Source: an uncultured virus (IMG/VR IMGVR_UViG_3300031646_000001)
Lineage: Duplodnaviria > Heunggongvirae > Uroviricota > Caudoviricetes
Length of the DNA stretch: 64,000 nt
Virus record (IMG/VR): IMGVR_UViG_3300031646_000001
Reading direction: 5' to 3' (one strand)
The notes under the pieces were generated by a model. It worked only from the letters and a program-made list of their open reading frames with translations, searched no databases and had not been told where the DNA came from. Both the position numbers and the translations under genes were made by a program. Shown here in pieces: positions 48,801 to 58,900 of this stretch. Position 1 is the first letter of the stretch. Each line of letters begins with the position of its first letter.

Positions 48801-51076
48801 TTGGTGCTAACTCAGCATCAACTGGTGCGTTCTCAACATTGAGTGCAACAGGTACAACAACTGGTGTTGCCGCTAACTTTAGTGGTGCAGTAGGCGTTGA
48901 TGGCAACTTTGATGTTGCAACCAACAAAATGACAGTCGCAGCCGCATCTGGTAATACAACTATTGCTGGTACACTTGGCGTAACTGGTGCAATTACTGGT
49001 GCTTTAACTGGTAACGTAACTGGTAATGTAACTGGTGACTTAACTGGTAACAGTGCTGGTACACATACTGGTGCAGTATCTGGTAACGTAACATCAACTG
49101 GTACTTCAACATTTACAACTGTTGACATTAATGGCGGTGCTATTGATGGTACAATTATTGGTGCTAACGCAGCCGTAGCAGCCGATTTTACAACAATGGA
49201 TGCAACTGGTAATGTTACAATTGGCGGTACTCTAGCAGTAACCGGTAATACAACACTAACAGGCAACCTAACTATAAACGGTACAACAACAGATGTTTCA
49301 ACTGTTAATACAGTAATTGAAGACGCTGTTATTATGGTCAACAATGGCGAATCTGGTGCAAGCGTTACAGGCGTTTTCTCTGGTATCTCAGTTGACCGTG
49401 GTTCGTCAGCAAATGCCCATATGGTATTTGATGATGGACAAGATCGTTGGGAATTCCTAACAGGCCACGACACAATTGCTTCAGCCTCACTTGGCAACGT
49501 AGCATTTGGTACAGTCGGTGCAGGTACATGGCAAGGTACAGCAATTGCTGACACATATGTTGCTAACGATCTAACAATTAGTGGTGGTACAGTAAACAAC
49601 TCAGTCATTGGTGGTTCAACTGCCGCGGCTGGTACATTTACAACACTTGGCTTTGATACACTAGGTTCTGCTGTTGATATGGGGAACCAAAATCTTACTA
49701 ATGTTGACATTGATAGCGGTGCTATTGATGGTACAGTAATTGGTGCCGCTTCGGCAGCCGCAATTACAGGTACTACTATTACAGCAAGTTCCTCATTAGT
49801 AGGTACACTAGGTACAGCATCTCAAACTAATGTTACCGGTCTCGGTACAATTGGTACAGGTGTATGGCAGGGTACAGCAGTAGCCGCAGGCTTCGGTGGT
49901 ACCGGTATTGATACTTCAAGTTCAACTGGCGCAGTTCGCGTAGACAGTGGTACTTGGTCTGTAGGTGATGTAAGCCTAACAGCAGACGTATCTGGTACAC
50001 TTCCAGTTGCAAATGGTGGTACTGGTATTACATCAGGAACAACTAATCAGTTCTTGAAGTTTACAGGTTCTACAACAATTGGTGCAGGCTATGCAGAAGA
50101 CCTCTATGCTAATGATGTTAAAGTCTTTAGTGCAAGTGGTGCAACAACCTCAGGTGCTGGTGAAGGTGTAAAACTAACCAACGCTTCCGGTAAGGCATAC
50201 TTCCGTTCAGTGAATACAGCAGGCTCAGGCGACGTTGATCTATATCTCGGCGCTCAAGACTCTGGTGACGTTGTTATTGAAGGTACAGGTAATGGCGTAG
50301 TTAAAGGCGATAACGATCTCGACTTAACAGTACGAGGTGGTGATTCCTCTGCCGCAGACGCTGGTGATTTAATTCTCTCCGGTGGTAACGGCACAGGCTC
50401 AAATGCCTCTGGTAATGTATACATCCAGGGCGGTTTGGGTGGTTCTGCTAACGGTAATGTACAAATTCGTGATGCAAATGGCTTAGAAGTATTGAAATTC
50501 ACAGAGACAGGAAGTGCTGTCAATGAGATGACAATTGCTAACGCGGCCACATCAGGTACACCAACCTTAAGCACAACAGGTAGCGACACAAACATTACAT
50601 TGCTTATCAGTCCTAAGGGTTCGGGCGTTATTAACGTTCCAGCATCTTATGCGGCACGAGCAGGTTTTGGCACAAACTCACTAGCAACAAAAGAATATGT
50701 TGATAATAATTCTTCAACAGAAACTTTTGCTAGACGTGCGTCGTTCACAGCCAATAGTTCAGCAAATGATTTTGCTGTTGGTACTATTAACTCAGGTACA
50801 ACAAACTATATTAATCGAGTAACAGTAGCCGTTACAACTGCTTTAAGCGGTGGTAGCGTATCTGGCGTTCGACTACATGATGGTACAGCGTACTTGACCG
50901 CTCTAGATGATTGTGATACATCAGAAACAGGAACTTATGTTATTGATCTTCCAACATCAACAGCAACAGCCGCAAGTGCGGTACTTACAGCAAAAGTTGT
51001 TCAGAGCAATGGCACAACTGCCTCTGTTCCAACAGCAGGCGTTGTAGTAGTAACAGCACAGTGGGTGAAAGTATAA
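45827..51076 (+). CDS. Large fibre/adhesin-like virion protein (1749 aa)
   Basis: Start moved from 45782 to ATG 45827 because of the GGAGGT RBS; DAASKGYVD, DRILIQDQVSGAENGIY...RATDFD fibre head; many VDINGGAIDGT.IGA repeats. Confidence 0.8.
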   Translation: MANIKNFGIAGVSADVQMGKSGGRLVYDSGNTLFKFTTSDGSTLAKLRVAEPSGTTDAASKGYVDGVASGLDVKDSVRVATTAAGTLSSSFANGSTVDGISLATNDRILIQDQVSGAENGIYTVNASGAPTRATDFDADSEVTAGAFTFVEEGTTNADNGFVLTTDGTITVGTTAIAFAQFSGAGSIIAGAGLTKSGSTLNVIAGTGITVNANDVQISASYAGQNTITTLGTVATGTWNGTGIANAYVDNDLTISGGTVDNSIIGGTTPVAGTFTTLTANTSLVGTLGTAAQGSVTSLGTLTALNVDNLNLNGNAITSTDSNGNIDLTPHGVGEVNITKVDIDGGAIDGTIIGANSAVAGTFGALTSTGTSTHASVDINGGAIDGTNIGAASVGTGAFSTISATGTTTGVAANYSGAVGVDGNFDVATNKFTVAAATGNTVVAGTLGVTGLSTLATVDVGGGAIDGTIVGAASAAAGTFTALTATGTSTLPVINGSGAWTNTGTLTAGTVDINGGAIDGTNIGANAQGTGRFSSLQADTLAGALNASSQAITNVNIDSGAIDGTPIGANSVSTGAFGALTSTSHVSSGNISGVDGTFSGNLAVTGNIVGSGNLTISGDTVTANVTTITIEDPLMLLSSSAADAGTVDAGFVVERGSSANVALLWDESADEFAAISTTDTGTTAGNVTIAAYADFKAKDVQAGGALTAAGATTLSGALTVSGGGAVALGASALTGSGAWTHTGTLTAGTVDINGGAIDGTAIGAASASTGAFSTLSATGTSTLTTVDINAGNIDNTVIGASTAVAGTFAALTATGTSTLSTVDINAGAIDGTAIGANSVSTGAFSTISATGAITGDLTGDVAGNVTSTGTSTFTTVDINGGAIDGTNIGANQVGTGHFSTLGATGTLTGVAANFSGAVGVDGNFDVATNKFTVNATSGNTQVAGTLGSTGAITASAGVTGDLTGNVAGNVTSTGTSTFTTVDINGGAIDGTAIGANSASTGAFSTLSATGTTTGVAANFSGAVGVDGNFDVATNKMTVAAASGNTTIAGTLGVTGAITGALTGNVTGNVTGDLTGNSAGTHTGAVSGNVTSTGTSTFTTVDINGGAIDGTIIGANAAVAADFTTMDATGNVTIGGTLAVTGNTTLTGNLTINGTTTDVSTVNTVIEDAVIMVNNGESGASVTGVFSGISVDRGSSANAHMVFDDGQDRWEFLTGHDTIASASLGNVAFGTVGAGTWQGTAIADTYVANDLTISGGTVNNSVIGGSTAAAGTFTTLGFDTLGSAVDMGNQNLTNVDIDSGAIDGTVIGAASAAAITGTTITASSSLVGTLGTASQTNVTGLGTIGTGVWQGTAVAAGFGGTGIDTSSSTGAVRVDSGTWSVGDVSLTADVSGTLPVANGGTGITSGTTNQFLKFTGSTTIGAGYAEDLYANDVKVFSASGATTSGAGEGVKLTNASGKAYFRSVNTAGSGDVDLYLGAQDSGDVVIEGTGNGVVKGDNDLDLTVRGGDSSAADAGDLILSGGNGTGSNASGNVYIQGGLGGSANGNVQIRDANGLEVLKFTETGSAVNEMTIANAATSGTPTLSTTGSDTNITLLISPKGSGVINVPASYAARAGFGTNSLATKEYVDNNSSTETFARRASFTANSSANDFAVGTINSGTTNYINRVTVAVTTALSGGSVSGVRLHDGTAYLTALDDCDTSETGTYVIDLPTSTATAASAVLTAKVVQSNGTTASVPTAGVVVVTAQWVKV

Positions 51077-51113
51077 GCGTTAATTCGCTAGTAGCGGATT
51101 AACTGCTACGAAT

Positions 51114-51569
51114 TTAAGGAGCCTCGGGGGAAACCCCGGGGTTTTCTTTTAATTCTCTTTGAAGAATAGAGGTAAGTTTGTTAACATTATTTTTATTATG
51201 AAGGATAAGTTTAGTTCCGGCATGTAATGGTTTCGGCCACGCTCCAATTTTAACCCAAGCATAACCATCATTTTCATCATTTAAAATAGGATGGAATTCA
51301 CTATTAATTATACTAACAAAACTTGCATATTTAAATGCTTCGTCGTTGCTAATAAAATTATCTAAAGGATATGTTTTAAGAATTTTTGGAACGAAAATAA
51401 GTTCTTCTTTAATTTCTCGGGTTAATGCTATACCTAAAGATTCACCCGGCTCGACCTTACCACCAAAAAAACTCCAGGTTAAAGGGTGCGAACTTTCTGC
51501 ACTTCGAAGTCCTAACATTACACGTTTTGTTTTTAAACTTAAAAATATGGTGCCTACGGCCTCAATCAC
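51114..51569 (-). CDS. NUDIX hydrolase
   Basis: Nudix box GGKVEPGESLGIALTREIKEEL. Confidence 0.9.
   Translation of the reverse strand: MIEAVGTIFLSLKTKRVMLGLRSAESSHPLTWSFFGGKVEPGESLGIALTREIKEELIFVPKILKTYPLDNFISNDEAFKYASFVSIINSEFHPILNDENDGYAWVKIGAWPKPLHAGTKLILHNKNNVNKLTSILQRELKENPGVSPEAP
51122..51150 (+). terminator. Intrinsic terminator after the large fibre gene
   Basis: CCTCGGGG-GAAA-CCCCGGGG followed by TTTTCTTTT; overlaps the NUDIX 3' end. Confidence 0.8.
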
Positions 51570-51762
51570 TACTATGAACCTTTGTTTTAAATGAACACTT
51601 GTTACAAGTATATATGCATTCTGTTGTTTCGTATAGAATTGTACCGCGACGGCATTGTGGACACTGAATTAGTGTTGGACGCAACTCATTTAATTTACAA
51701 TTTTCCAGAAACCTGGATAATATCTTCCTTGGTAAGAATTTGCCCATTCTATACCGTCCCAT
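51562..51762 (-). CDS. Small zinc-ribbon protein (start uncertain, possibly TTG near 51684)
   Basis: CPQC-x15-CNKC; stop overlaps the NUDIX start; fills the gap after gp15. Confidence 0.4.
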   Translation of the reverse strand: MGRYRMGKFLPRKILSRFLENCKLNELRPTLIQCPQCRRGTILYETTECIYTCNKCSFKTKVHSSD

Positions 51763-53087
51763 TTAAACTGTTCACCAGTAAAATTATTTTGAATATAAGT
51801 AGGGCCCGATGACCCTGACGAATCAAAATGCACTACCCACGCACCACCGTTGTATTGTATTAAATCGTTTTTGCTTGCTTGTAAATTTGCCCATGCATTG
51901 GTAACATCTGCGGCATCAGGCCCGCCAATATCATCTAAAATTAGATATCGCTGATTAACGGCGGCCGCAGGTAATGTACCATCACCTGGATAATTGTTAT
52001 GTGGATTAATTACTGCATTTACAGTAAGATCTGTTCCTGGCAATGTATCGGTATCAACCGTAAAATCAACGACGTTTGTTACTCCGGTTGTAGCGATAGT
52101 TCCAACAATGTCATTTGGATCTGTTTGTAATTCAGGATCAGATTGTAACCTTAATCTAACTTGTGTTACATTATTTGTTATACCACCATATGGTAGTAAG
52201 TATTTTGCCCAATCAAATGCCGCGCCAGTTGAATCTTCATTAATACCAGCGTGAGTTAATAATTGTATTTGAGGGGGGGTTCCCGAAACCACTTTGATTG
52301 AAGTATCTTCTGGTGTAACAATTTGCCTATTTAGATAAGTTGCATCACCAAAAAAGTCAAATGCTTCTGGATCATAATTAAGATCTATATCTTGTGTTCT
52401 AGCAGTAACTTGATGAATTAATTTTTGTTGTGTTATTTTGACCGGAGGACTAACCCAAACTGGCATTGTAAATGTTAATGACCCAACATCAATTTGAGAA
52501 TCAATACCTTGTGGGACACCTCTAGCAGACCAACTAATATCTGTTAGTTCAACTACAGTTAATGATGTCCAATCTAATATGTTTGTATTTGCTTGTAATT
52601 CAATTGCAGGATTAAACAGTACTAATATTTGTTCCATTAATTGTAATTTTTGATCGGTATTACTAGTCCATATATCAACTTGCATAGTTAACGTATATGG
52701 TGTTGGCATTAATCTTTCGACGGTATACATATTACCAATTTCGTTTGTATATTTTCCTGTTTCTTGATCAAATTTTCGTTCTGTTACATGTTTTTGATCT
52801 GTATAAAATGGGTCAAGTGTTCGTGTTCTGTCTGGTTGTAGTGTTAATATATGAGATGTAATAAATGGACACGAGTTAACAACATTCTCACTATTGTTTC
52901 GTAATATATGCCCAACCATTCTTTGCATATCAGCATATCTGCAAGGTACCTTTATAAATTTTTCTATGTCGTCTTTGCCCTTACCAGTTTTAATTAATAA
53001 GCCACCAAATAATCGCATAAATTGCAGAAGGTATCTGCGAAATTGCTCATCATAAAAGTATCCTGCTTCGTTATATCTAGTTGCCAT
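51690..53087 (-). CDS. gp15: Tail sheath stabiliser/terminator gp15-like, with C-terminal extension
   Basis: YFYDEQFRRYLLQFMRLFG, VPCRY, PTPYTLTMQVDIWT..QKLQLMEQILVLFNP. Confidence 0.8.
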   Translation of the reverse strand: MATRYNEAGYFYDEQFRRYLLQFMRLFGGLLIKTGKGKDDIEKFIKVPCRYADMQRMVGHILRNNSENVVNSCPFITSHILTLQPDRTRTLDPFYTDQKHVTERKFDQETGKYTNEIGNMYTVERLMPTPYTLTMQVDIWTSNTDQKLQLMEQILVLFNPAIELQANTNILDWTSLTVVELTDISWSARGVPQGIDSQIDVGSLTFTMPVWVSPPVKITQQKLIHQVTARTQDIDLNYDPEAFDFFGDATYLNRQIVTPEDTSIKVVSGTPPQIQLLTHAGINEDSTGAAFDWAKYLLPYGGITNNVTQVRLRLQSDPELQTDPNDIVGTIATTGVTNVVDFTVDTDTLPGTDLTVNAVINPHNNYPGDGTLPAAAVNQRYLILDDIGGPDAADVTNAWANLQASKNDLIQYNGGAWVVHFDSSGSSGPTYIQNNFTGEQFKWDGIEWANSYQGRYYPGFWKIVN

Positions 53088-53088
53088 T

Positions 53089-54186
53089 TTAGAAATCCGA
53101 CTTTGGTTTTACTGCTTTACTTATACCTTGTTTTGAAGGAATAGTAGCACCAGTATTGCCATCAATAATTAAATTAGTATTTTTTGTAAATTTATGTAGA
53201 ATTGCATTACCAGCCGCCCATATACCACGTTGATCGTCTTCGACTTTAAGCCAATGATTACCTGATTTTTTATATAATCGATGAGGAGTATAATCTGTGC
53301 GTAAATAATATGCACCGTCGGTGGCGTTTGTTGGAAATGTTGCGCCACTACCAACAACAGATGCACCGTTATCGGGTACAGCATCTTCAAGAAATATACC
53401 TTTCTTTTTATCAGTTTCATTAAAATATAAATGAGCAGTATCAAATCCGTGTTTTGGAACTTCATTTTCTGCTTGTTCAAGTACTGCTTCGCTTATATCA
53501 ATTTCACTACTATATGTACTAAGAATATTTTTTAAATCATCTGCATCATCGCCGTCACCGAGAATATCTCTATATTCGACTGTATCTTGCAATGCTTGGC
53601 ACTTGACACGTATCATGTGTGGCCACCAATTTGCATCAAATCCGCCTGCTTCTCTTACAACATCTTCTACAACATAAAATTTGCGTATCGGACCTGCTGA
53701 ATTATCAAGTCCTGTATCATCAGCCAAGTGTGGCAATTCTAAAACATCGCCGCTCATTATTTTACGACCTAAAATAGTCATATGATCATTTAAATGAAAT
53801 GTCATATAAATGTTATCAGCAGATAGAAACATACCAAATTGTGTTAAATCAAAATCATTATCTTGTGGTTGATATACGCCTCGCATATCATAAACAATTT
53901 CATCATATTTGCGATCTCTATTTTCTAAGAATAATAAATCTTGTATTTTTGTTTCTGCAACAATGTTTTTAGGATCTGTTGATTTCTTTGACGCATAGTT
54001 AGGTTTTGTTGCATCTGCTTTATTTACAGTTCCGTCTGGGTTAATTGTTTCGCCCTGGTCATAGACACCTATATACTTGTGTATAAAAACACCAGTACCG
54101 CCAGCATAAATATGTTCGCCGACTAACCGATCTACAAATTTGTAGTCATTGCCCTTTTCAGGCCTCCATAATGATAGTCGTGGCAT
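53089..54186 (-). CDS. gp14: Neck protein gp14-like
   Basis: Start reassigned to MPRLSLW at 54186 (GAGG RBS, TAAATA at 54207-54212); QDLLFLENRDRKY, DLTQFG, GRKIMSGDVLELPH. Confidence 0.75.
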   Translation of the reverse strand: MPRLSLWRPEKGNDYKFVDRLVGEHIYAGGTGVFIHKYIGVYDQGETINPDGTVNKADATKPNYASKKSTDPKNIVAETKIQDLLFLENRDRKYDEIVYDMRGVYQPQDNDFDLTQFGMFLSADNIYMTFHLNDHMTILGRKIMSGDVLELPHLADDTGLDNSAGPIRKFYVVEDVVREAGGFDANWWPHMIRVKCQALQDTVEYRDILGDGDDADDLKNILSTYSSEIDISEAVLEQAENEVPKHGFDTAHLYFNETDKKKGIFLEDAVPDNGASVVGSGATFPTNATDGAYYLRTDYTPHRLYKKSGNHWLKVEDDQRGIWAAGNAILHKFTKNTNLIIDGNTGATIPSKQGISKAVKPKSDF

Positions 54187-54226
54187 ATAATGTAACCTCT
54201 TTATTGTATTTACCGTTTTCTTTAGG

Positions 54227-54255
54227 TTGACAAATGGATAAATGTAGTTTATCAT
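54227..54255 (+). promoter_or_regulatory. Sigma70-type promoter
   Basis: TTGACA-17 nt-TATCAT upstream of 54287. Confidence 0.65.
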
Positions 54256-54286
54256 ATATAAGTACATAAAATCTCGTGGAGATATA

Positions 54287-55588
54287 ATGGCCATTTATAA
54301 AACAACTAAAAAATCTAAAAAACGTAGACCTCGTAAAAAAACAGACCTCGGCGAGTCCCCCAATTGGCCAGTATTTTTAGCCGACGGCCCTACGGATATG
54401 GCTATATATTCATATCATTCGCATTCTATGCAATGGTATAACTATAATCATAAAGCCAAAGATTTGCGTAAAGATGTTGAATTGTATCTAAAAAAGAACA
54501 AATATTCTAAAAAAGACATTAATGCTTGGAAGGCCGCAGATGTTTGGCGTACAGGTGTTACTGTTTCAGGTTTATGTAAAATGATGAATGAAGGAATGAT
54601 TGAGGTTCTACCTAATCCGTATAAACAAGATAATAAGTATAAACATTCTTATGATAAAACTTGGGAGCCTGTATCTGGACATATATGGATACAAAACAAA
54701 CTTGCTGAAATAATTGATCATGGTAAAAAAGCAATTGCTGAAAACAAAGTAGTTGAAAAAGAAAATAAATTAAAAGCACCCCCAAAAACAATTCAAGAAC
54801 GTATGCACGAAAAACTTTTAGAATTTTTAGAAGAAACCGAAGGTGCAATAGAAGATTTTTTATATGGTGACAAGCCTTTTGTATCAGATTATAGTATGTA
54901 TAAACATCTTACAAGAGACGCATTGCCTCCTAAAATAGCATCGCAAATTGTTAAAATATATGAAGGCGAGGCCGAAGAATACCAAGAATTAGCAAAGCCT
55001 TGCACAGAATCACAATTAAAGAAAATGACTGAGCAGGATCAAGATTATCATATGCAACTGTTAGAAGGACATTCTCATACGACAAAACCTCAAGCAAAAA
55101 AAATTGCTACGTTTTATGAAACCCTTATTGCTGATGTTAATATGTATATTGATTCTGCTAAAGTTTCGAGAACACCTCGTAAGAAAAAAGCACCAACAAA
55201 AGAAAAGTTAATAGCAAAACTTAAATTTAAAACAAATGATGAAAAATATAGGATAGCAAGTATTAATCCAATAGATATTATCGGTGCTGATGAATTATGG
55301 GTGTTTAATACTAAAACACGTAAACTTGGAAAGTATATAGCATTGAATACCGATCCTATGGGACTTAAAAGAGATGGTTCGGGACTATCAGTAAAAGGTA
55401 CTACAATTTTAGGTTTTCATGTTGAACAAAGTATTCAGAAGACTTTGCGTAAGCCTGAAGAACAATTAAAAGAATTTACAAAATCAGGAAAAGTAAAACT
55501 TCGAAAGTTTCTCGAAAAAATTAAGACTACAGATATTAAATTAACCGGTAGAATTAATAACGAGACGATTATACTCAAAGCCAGTTAA
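54287..55588 (+). CDS. Hypothetical protein of T4-like phages (basic termini)
   Basis: 433-aa ORF with GGAG RBS; C-terminal IIGADELWVFNTKTRKLG...SVKGTTI...KTLRKPEEQL...GRIN domain that I recall from T4-like phages. Confidence 0.7.
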   Translation: MAIYKTTKKSKKRRPRKKTDLGESPNWPVFLADGPTDMAIYSYHSHSMQWYNYNHKAKDLRKDVELYLKKNKYSKKDINAWKAADVWRTGVTVSGLCKMMNEGMIEVLPNPYKQDNKYKHSYDKTWEPVSGHIWIQNKLAEIIDHGKKAIAENKVVEKENKLKAPPKTIQERMHEKLLEFLEETEGAIEDFLYGDKPFVSDYSMYKHLTRDALPPKIASQIVKIYEGEAEEYQELAKPCTESQLKKMTEQDQDYHMQLLEGHSHTTKPQAKKIATFYETLIADVNMYIDSAKVSRTPRKKKAPTKEKLIAKLKFKTNDEKYRIASINPIDIIGADELWVFNTKTRKLGKYIALNTDPMGLKRDGSGLSVKGTTILGFHVEQSIQKTLRKPEEQLKEFTKSGKVKLRKFLEKIKTTDIKLTGRINNETIILKAS

Positions 55589-55600
55589 ATACATATAGAA

Positions 55601-55894
55601 ATGTATTTGAAGGAGATGGGTCTAATGGGACACTTGAAAGATGCCGCGATCGCGGCGAATCGTAAATGTAACTTTTCTTATTACTGCTATCATGCTTGGA
55701 TAGCATGCCGAGCAGGAACCTTGTTGGGATATTTGTCACTAATGTCATATGTCCATGCTTTTTTTCCGTTCGTATATGCTAAGTTCGGCCTGGCTGAATT
55801 AATTATTCGTAATACTAATAATATACGTAGGTCTATACCCGATTGGGAAGGCTGGAAAGAGTTAGATAATTGGGATGATGAGAAATACAAATAA
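55601..55894 (+). CDS. Small hydrophobic protein (HAFFPF motif), function unknown
   Basis: 97 aa; TAAATA at 55586-55591. Confidence 0.55.
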   Translation: MYLKEMGLMGHLKDAAIAANRKCNFSYYCYHAWIACRAGTLLGYLSLMSYVHAFFPFVYAKFGLAELIIRNTNNIRRSIPDWEGWKELDNWDDEKYK

Positions 55895-55955
55895 ATAATA
55901 CTATGAAAAAACTTCTACTAATTATCATTGATAAGTCCGTAGTAAAGGAATAATA

Positions 55956-58900
55956 ATGTTTAACTTGAACGATAGATATATCGTTTCGAGTGGTGAATTT
56001 GTTCTGTCAGGTGTACAAGCAATTGTAAAATTGTCCCTTCTTCAAAAAGAACTTGATAAGAAGAATGGGTTAAATACTGCCGGTTATGTAACAGGATACA
56101 GAGGATCGCCGCTCGGAACAGTAGATAAGGAGTTTCTCGCCCAGAGAGACCTTTTAACTAAAAACAACATTACTTTTCATCCTAGCATTAACGAAGATAT
56201 TGCAGTTGCAACATTGCAAGGTACACAGCAATTAGGCATTGTATCCAAGGCTACTGTTGACGGCGTATTTGGATTCTGGTATGGCAAAGGCCCGGGTGTT
56301 GATAGATCCGGAGATCAATTTAAGCATACAAGTTTTTTTGGTACTTCGCAATATGGTGGCTGTTTAGCATTTGCTGGTGACGATCATTCAAACAAAAGTT
56401 CTACTATCCCCCACGAGACTGGCCCCACGTTTAAAACGTGGCGTATACCCGTTATAACGCCCGCTACAGTGGAGGATGTTATCCGGCTGGGTCTAATGGG
56501 TATCGCTATGAGTCGATACAGTGGATTATGGTCTAGTATGAAGATTATTTCTAACTTAGCAGATGCGTATCAAACTGTTAGTATTAATTTAGATAGTTGG
56601 AAGCCAAATATCCCTAATAATCCTCCAGTGGTGTTTGATGTTCATGCACGGTGGCCTGATTTAGGTGTTGAGCAAGAAGCACGTATTACAGAACAAAAAC
56701 TTCCTGCATTGCAAGAATTTATGCGGTATAATATGTTTGATAGTTATAACTTGCCAAAAGAAACGCATATGCGATTTAGTAGTGATAATCGCGTTGGCAT
56801 TGTTGCTGTCGGAAAAAGTTATGTTGATACGTTAACTGCAATGCAAAAACTTGGAATTACAACAGATGATGTTGGTTTATATAAAGTTGGAATAGCCTGG
56901 CCATTGCACGAAGAACACCTCATAAATTTTTGTACATCATATCATGATATTCTTGTTGTCGAAGAAAAATCTGGATTAGTTGAAGATCAATTGTATAAAC
57001 TTTTATATAATAAACAACATAAGTGTAATTCTAGTAGAGATCAAATAAAAATACATGGTAAGAATTTATTACCGCAAAATTTAGATTTTGATGCATATGA
57101 AATAGCAAAAGCATTACAAGAATTATTTGATAAAACCGGCGGTGTTTGGGGTTGGGGTATTGGAAATGCTGACGGCGGCAAGAAAGCATTAGACGTAAAA
57201 CTAGACGATAGTTACGAATCAGTAGAAAAAAGAGAACCGCATTTTTGTAGTGGTTGCCCACACAATTCAAGTACAGTATTACCAGAAGGTAGCAAAGCAT
57301 TAATAGGCATTGGTTGTCATTATATGACAGCGTGGATGCCTGACAGGCCAAGTGTTACGTTAATGCCTATGGGCGGCGAAGGCGCAAACTGGATTGCGGC
57401 ACAACATTATCAAGAAGCCAAACACGTATTTGTAAACTTAGGTGACGGTACATATTTTCATAGTGGATTGTTAGCAATTAGAGCAAGCGTTGCCGCTGAT
57501 AGTACTATTACATATAAAATATTATATAATGATGCAGTAGCAATGACAGGCGGCCAGCCAATAGATGGTGACCTCTCGGTAGCACGTATATGTGAACAAG
57601 TAATGGCAGAAGGGGTTAAAGACGTAGCAGTAGTTACAGTCGATGGTTATGCTAATGAAATTTTGCCGCGCGGAGTTACATTACATTCAAAAGACGAATA
57701 TATACAGTTGCAAAAAAGTTATACAAAAATTAAAGGCACTAGTGTAATAGTATTTGATCAACAATGTGCTACAGAAAAAAGAAGAAAACGAAAACGAGGC
57801 TTACAACCACTAGCAGAAGAATTTGTATGGATTAATTCAGCAGTATGTGAGAACTGTGGTGACTGTTCAACACAATCAAATTGTCTAAGTATAATTCCAA
57901 CAGAAACTAAATTAGGAACAAAACGACAAATAGATTATGATAACTGTAACTATTCTTACGATTGCTTAGAAGGATTCTGTCCTTCGTTTGCTACAATTAA
58001 AGGACGTAAACCAGCAGTAGAACTTGTTAAACCAAAGTTCCCAAAGTTAGTTAATTATTTGCATCCAAAAATTTCAAAGCCGGAACGTTATAATATACTT
58101 GTTGCTGGTATCGGCGGCACTGGCGTTATTAGCACTAGTCAAATGATGTGTGTTGCCTCACATATCGATGGCATAAAAGTTATCTCAACAGATCAGACCG
58201 GGTTAGCACAAAAGTACGGAGCAGTAACATCTACAATTAGTTTAGGAGAGAAAGCATTTGGCAGAATGTTTCCAAAATCCTGTGATGTAGTAATAGGCAT
58301 AGATCCACAAGTTACAGCAATGGAAGATTCAATGCGTTTTATTGGGCCGAATACAACAGTTATTCTTAATAAAAGTTTGGCGGCCAATGCTGAGATAATA
58401 AGAAATAGAGATTGGAAGTTAGAACTTGATGATATTGTTAATGTATTAAAAACACAATGTAAGGAAGTAATTATTATAGATGCTTCTAATTACGCTAAAA
58501 AAATAACTGGTAATGCTGTAATGGTTAATATGTTGATGCTTGGTTACGCATATGAAAAATGCTTGTTACCATATAGTGAAAAAGCAATGATAAAAGCAAT
58601 TGAAGCAAACGGTGTCGCAGTAGATAGTAATAAAAATGCGTGGATGATTGGCAGGCAATCTGCTACAGTCGAAGGCCATGGCGCAATTGAACGTTCTTTG
58701 AATCCAGAGGTAAAAGATACTTTTTATAGTGCAATGTATCATAGGCACGAATTGTTAAAGAAATATCAAGACGAAGAATATGCTAACATTTATTTAGACA
58801 TAGTTACGAGAGCAAAGTTAAAAGAAGATTTCTTAAATTCAGGCACTCACAGTCATTTTAATACAGAATTTTCCGAAGCAGTAATGCGTAATTTATACAA

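Noticed and set aside
47923..49710. 595-aa antisense ORF and similar short antisense ORFs in the fibre and gp6 genes
   Set aside because: Mirror translations of Gly/Thr/Ala repeats on the coding strand
54187..54294. N-terminal 36 aa of the track's 401-aa gp14 ORF
   Set aside because: It overlaps the divergent gene and promoters; RBS and late motif support the start at 54186
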